DNA of 64,000 nt from Basidiobolus meristosporus CBS 931.73 (Eukaryota > Fungi > Basidiobolomycota), in the NCBI GenBank assembly GCA_002104905.1, contig MCFE01000083.1, positions 114,485 through 178,484 on the forward strand, written 5' to 3'. Below the pieces are notes generated by a model, which was given only the letters and a program-made list of their open reading frames with translations, did not search any database and was not told where the DNA came from. Position numbers and translations under genes: made by a program. Below, in pieces: positions 60,934 through 64,000 of the stretch. Positions within the stretch are counted from its first letter, which is position 1; every line of letters begins with the position of its first letter.

Positions 60934-63779
60934 GGGGAGACAGTCACCAACAGGTGAAATCTTTATTTCAGTTGAAACAAAGAAGCCAGCGCTACTGTTG
61001 TAGCTTTGATAGAAGAGTGTGTAGCTGAGGGGAATTTGTAGGTAAGTTAATAAGAAGTGATGATAGTTCTTCAGTGCTCAAGACACTGTTCAGTGGGAAG
61101 GGGGGTAGCAAGAGAGGTAAGAATGACTTGTGAACAACATTAATGAGGGGAATGTGATAAGGATTGATATTCATCATAAAGGGAGTGTGCTGCTGCAGAT
61201 ATTGCTGCCAAAGGTCTGTCAAGTACTTCAGGTAGGCCAGCTTGGGTTTTTCTGACTGCAGAATATAGTGAGCAAACTTCTTGACTTCAGGATCTCCAAG
61301 TATAGTTCTCCAGCAGGAGCCAGGTGTTGTGTGGTGTGTTCTCTTCCAGGCCTTAATCAGTGGGTTGTTGCAGTTGTGAAGTCTGAGGTATAATCTGGTT
61401 CTAAGGTAGAGAAGTCTGATCTTATAGGGCATAAACCCAAAAGCACCAAGAATAGCATGTCTGTAGGGGCATTCAGGCAAATGAGGCACCAAGGAGGTAA
61501 TGCACCATACTGCAAACTTGTCAAGCTTAGTGCAGTCTCTAGAAGTAAGAGAGAGAAGTGGTAAGCCAAATTCCAGGACAGGGAAGACAAACTGCTTGAG
61601 TAGAAGGAGGCAGCTGGGAGCTGAAGTTGTAGGAGGAGTAACAGCCAGTAGCTTGTGGAGTGCCTGTCTTGCCAGGATAATTCTCTTCTTCAGGTGTGCT
61701 CCAGAGTCTAGTCCAGTAGGAAGGAAAGGAAAGCCAAGATATGTAGCAGAAACCTGAGCAGGTAGAGTGGATGTCTCCAAGTTGATGGGAGAGCCCAAAG
61801 GTACTGTCTTTGCAATGGAAAGCTGGAGATTATTCTTCTGCAGATACTGGTGGATGGTCTGGGAGTCTTGTTGCACATTGGAGGAGGATATTCTGATGTC
61901 ATCAGCAAAGAGAGTAACCAGGCAGTCAGCTGAGAGTCTTGGGAAATCATTCAGGAAGATGGCAAACAGTATAGGACCAAGCACAGAGCCTTGAACCACT
62001 CCATTAGGAACTGAGAACACAGCTGATTGCTCACTTGGGTGCAGAATTCTTGCTTGTGGATCCAGAAACAGAGACCTGACAAGGAGGGTGAGAGAGGTAC
62101 TGGAGAAGCATTGCAACTTGGACCAAAGCAGATTTCTGTCAACTGAATCAAAGGCCTTAGTAATATCAAACAGAATAGAGGGATACTTGCACTGGAGAGA
62201 GTGATCTTGGCTAAGTATGACTGCATATTCCAAGGAGAGGCCAGGAACAAAGCCAAACTGTGCAGGATGAAACTTGAGAGAGTCAGAGTAGAGCTCCTGA
62301 GCAAGCAGAAGCTCAAACACCTTTCTGCAGGTGGGCAGCAGAGATATTGGCCTGTAGGAGCTAGGATCCAGGTGCTTTCCTTTACCCTTGTACAGTGGCA
62401 GAACATTTGCAAAGGACCATTCCTCAGGAGTAGAAAGCTGGGCTGAGCATTGCTGAAACAGTGGAAGCAGAAGTGCAGACATGGCCTTGGTGCTAGTCTT
62501 CAGAAGCTCATAGGAGATTGTGTCCACACCTGGAGCAGTAGAGTTGGGAAGCCTCTTGAGCACATTATGGATTCTCCTTTGATCAAGTGCAAGTGGGATG
62601 GGCAGAGTCTTGAAGTCAGGATGAAAGCCAGGAGTTGAGTACTGCTTTGTAGAGAAGAAGATGTTAGCCAGCTGTTCTGTTGAAGGTAACTTCCTGGAAG
62701 AGGGCCTCATTGCCCTGTAGAGTCTTGATACTGTTCTTGTTATAGAGTTGGAAGATTGCAGAGGCAAGGAACTCATAATATGATCCCAGAGCTGAGTATG
62801 CAGAGTGTGGTGAATTGCCTTGGAGTGGTGTATTGCTGTCAGGAGGAGTTTCTCTGTTTTTGGGTTAGGGAAGCTCAGGTAGCTTTGTTGCAGGGCTGAA
62901 ACAATGGATTCCCATTTTCTTGAGGTAACAGCAGTAGTCTTGCATGGCAGTGAGAGGGAGGCAGACACCAGAATCAGATGCTTCACAAAGAGCCAGGCAA
63001 AGTTGAGATCATCAGGCAGAGAAAGTAGCAAACTGGCAAGCTTCAAGTAGTTCCCAAAGTCTTTCTTCTGATTCTTGGTAGCTTTGTGGGTGAGCACAGT
63101 AAGTTTTGGCAGCTTCTTCTTCACAACTGGTTGCATAGAAAGGGACCAGGCTGGGTGGTCAGAGGCTCTCAAGGATCCTAGCTCAGCTCCAGAGAATTGC
63201 TTAACTTCATTCACAAAGTAGAGGGCAGCAGCAGAAGGGCAGATCCAGTCAACACATCTTTTCTCAGATTGAGCACCTAGTGCTAGCAGGTGGCTTTCTC
63301 TCAGGAAGTTCAGTAGGAATGTAGACCTTGGCTTCATTCTTGCAGTCAGAGTAGTCTTGTTCTCAGGATGGGGAATGTTGAGATCTCCAAGCAAGATAAC
63401 AGGTGTTGATATAGATTGTTGGTATTGCTGAACCTTCTGGCATATAACTTGCACTTCCTGAAGGGCTAGACTTGGAGGCAGATAGCAGAGCACCAGACTG
63501 ATAGTTGGCAACTGGAGAGCAGCACAGTGAGGGGAGTAAAGAGGAACACAGAGCTGAGGAGTATTGATAGTAGAAGAGATGAAGCAGATAGAGGAGGTAT
63601 TCTTTGTTCTAGGAGTAGAAAAGCAATATAGATTAGTCAAAAGTATAGAGGGTAGCTGGACATCAATCAAACACAGGAGGGAAAATCTTGAAAGAAGTCT
63701 CTCTAGAGTTAGTCTTGATGGCTGTATGCTGTTGCAGTTAAGCAACAGAACTTCAGGTAGTCAGGCAGAGGTTGTAGCT
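60934..63779 (-). mobile_element. Telomeric non-LTR element, family A, copy 4 (intact ORF2, truncated at the ORF1 end, capped by telomere)
   Basis: Uninterrupted 917-aa ORF. The 5' end is joined directly to (TTAGGG)n. Confidence 0.96.
60992..63760 (-). CDS. ORF2: APE-type endonuclease + reverse transcriptase, with no initiating ATG
   Basis: APE motifs LNCNS, CYLPP, GDLN, VDWI, SDH. RT motifs APGVD, YRPISLL, QFGF, DITKAFDSV, GVVQGSVLGP, FADDI, YLG. No RNase H or CCHC knuckle recognised. Confidence 0.92.
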   Translation of the reverse strand, partial: LPEVLLLNCNSIQPSRLTLERLLSRFSLLCLIDVQLPSILLTNLYCFSTPRTKNTSSICFISSTINTPQLCVPLYSPHCAALQLPTISLVLCYLPPSLALQEVQVICQKVQQYQQSISTPVILLGDLNIPHPENKTTLTARMKPRSTFLLNFLRESHLLALGAQSEKRCVDWICPSAAALYFVNEVKQFSGAELGSLRASDHPAWSLSMQPVVKKKLPKLTVLTHKATKNQKKDFGNYLKLASLLLSLPDDLNFAWLFVKHLILVSASLSLPCKTTAVTSRKWESIVSALQQSYLSFPNPKTEKLLLTAIHHSKAIHHTLHTQLWDHIMSSLPLQSSNSITRTVSRLYRAMRPSSRKLPSTEQLANIFFSTKQYSTPGFHPDFKTLPIPLALDQRRIHNVLKRLPNSTAPGVDTISYELLKTSTKAMSALLLPLFQQCSAQLSTPEEWSFANVLPLYKGKGKHLDPSSYRPISLLPTCRKVFELLLAQELYSDSLKFHPAQFGFVPGLSLEYAVILSQDHSLQCKYPSILFDITKAFDSVDRNLLWSKLQCFSSTSLTLLVRSLFLDPQARILHPSEQSAVFSVPNGVVQGSVLGPILFAIFLNDFPRLSADCLVTLFADDIRISSSNVQQDSQTIHQYLQKNNLQLSIAKTVPLGSPINLETSTLPAQVSATYLGFPFLPTGLDSGAHLKKRIILARQALHKLLAVTPPTTSAPSCLLLLKQFVFPVLEFGLPLLSLTSRDCTKLDKFAVWCITSLVPHLPECPYRHAILGAFGFMPYKIRLLYLRTRLYLRLHNCNNPLIKAWKRTHHTTPGSCWRTILGDPEVKKFAHYILQSEKPKLAYLKYLTDLWQQYLQQHTPFMMNINPYHIPLINVVHKSFLPLLLPPFPLNSVLSTEELSSLLINLPTNSPQLHTLLSKLQQ

Positions 63780-64000
63780 AGGGTTAGGGTTAGGGTTAGG
63801 GTTAGGGTTAGGGTTAGGGTTAGGGTTAGGGTTAGGGTTAGGGTTAGGGTTAGGGTTAGGGTTAGGGTTAGGGTTAGGGTTAGGGTTAGGGTTAGGGTTA
63901 GGGTTAGGGTTAGGGTTAGGGTTAGGGTTAGGGTTAGGGTTAGGGTTAGGGTTAGGGTTAGGGTTAGGGTTAGGGTTAGGGTTAGGGTTAGGGTTAGGGT
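63779..64000 (+). repeat. Terminal telomere (TTAGGG)n, about 37 perfect units to the window end
   Basis: Seen directly. The G-rich strand runs 5'->3' toward the end. Confidence 0.99.

Noticed and set aside
54058-62638. Recurrent plus-strand ORFs of 75-85 aa within family A copies
   Set aside because: They recur only because the element is repeated; they are antisense to RT with no evidence of function.
51400-63779. Assignment as Penelope-like (Athena/Coprina) or CRE/MoTeR-type telomeric elements
   Set aside because: An N-terminal APE domain and LINE-type RT motifs are present. There is no GIY-YIG domain, no C-terminal CCHC/PD-(D/E)xK nuclease and no pseudo-LTR.

Overview
This is a eukaryotic (fungal) chromosome end. 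Short GT-AG introns and genes such as STE12, ELMO, CHMP7, LMBR1 and an Aven-like gene suggest an early-diverging fungus, possibly Basidiobolus-like (inference only). Layout: (1) 1-7.9 kb is a CpG-poor cluster of decayed Ty1/copia LTR elements. (2) 8.4-41.6 kb is gene-dense: DHFR, PA-RING ligase, a 3.5-kb inverted duplication carrying two convergent copies of an orphan gene, Sel1-repeat, MYND/MSS51-like, Aven-like, PDI1 plus a deleted paralog, STE12, arrestin, CHMP7, LMBR1, ELMO, VTI1, caleosin and an ankyrin protein. (3) 42-51 kb is a subtelomeric accessory block: two secreted metallo-beta-lactamase-fold genes, a plant MiAMP1-like antimicrobial peptide, a truncated ADH and a Cys-rich secreted protein. 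(4) 51.4-63.8 kb is a head-to-tail array of seven minus-strand non-LTR retroelements separated by 1-3 TTAGGG-type units and capped by (TTAGGG)n. The array has three families: A (ORF1, then an in-frame UGA-CUA, then APE endonuclease + RT), B (a second RT family) and C (ORF1 only). All share a 3' AATAAA + TCACC/GGTGA hairpin + oligo-C end with no poly(A) tail. This three-part telomeric retroelement system is the main candidate for an undescribed system. Coordinates were counted by eye, and exon boundaries of spliced genes are approximate.
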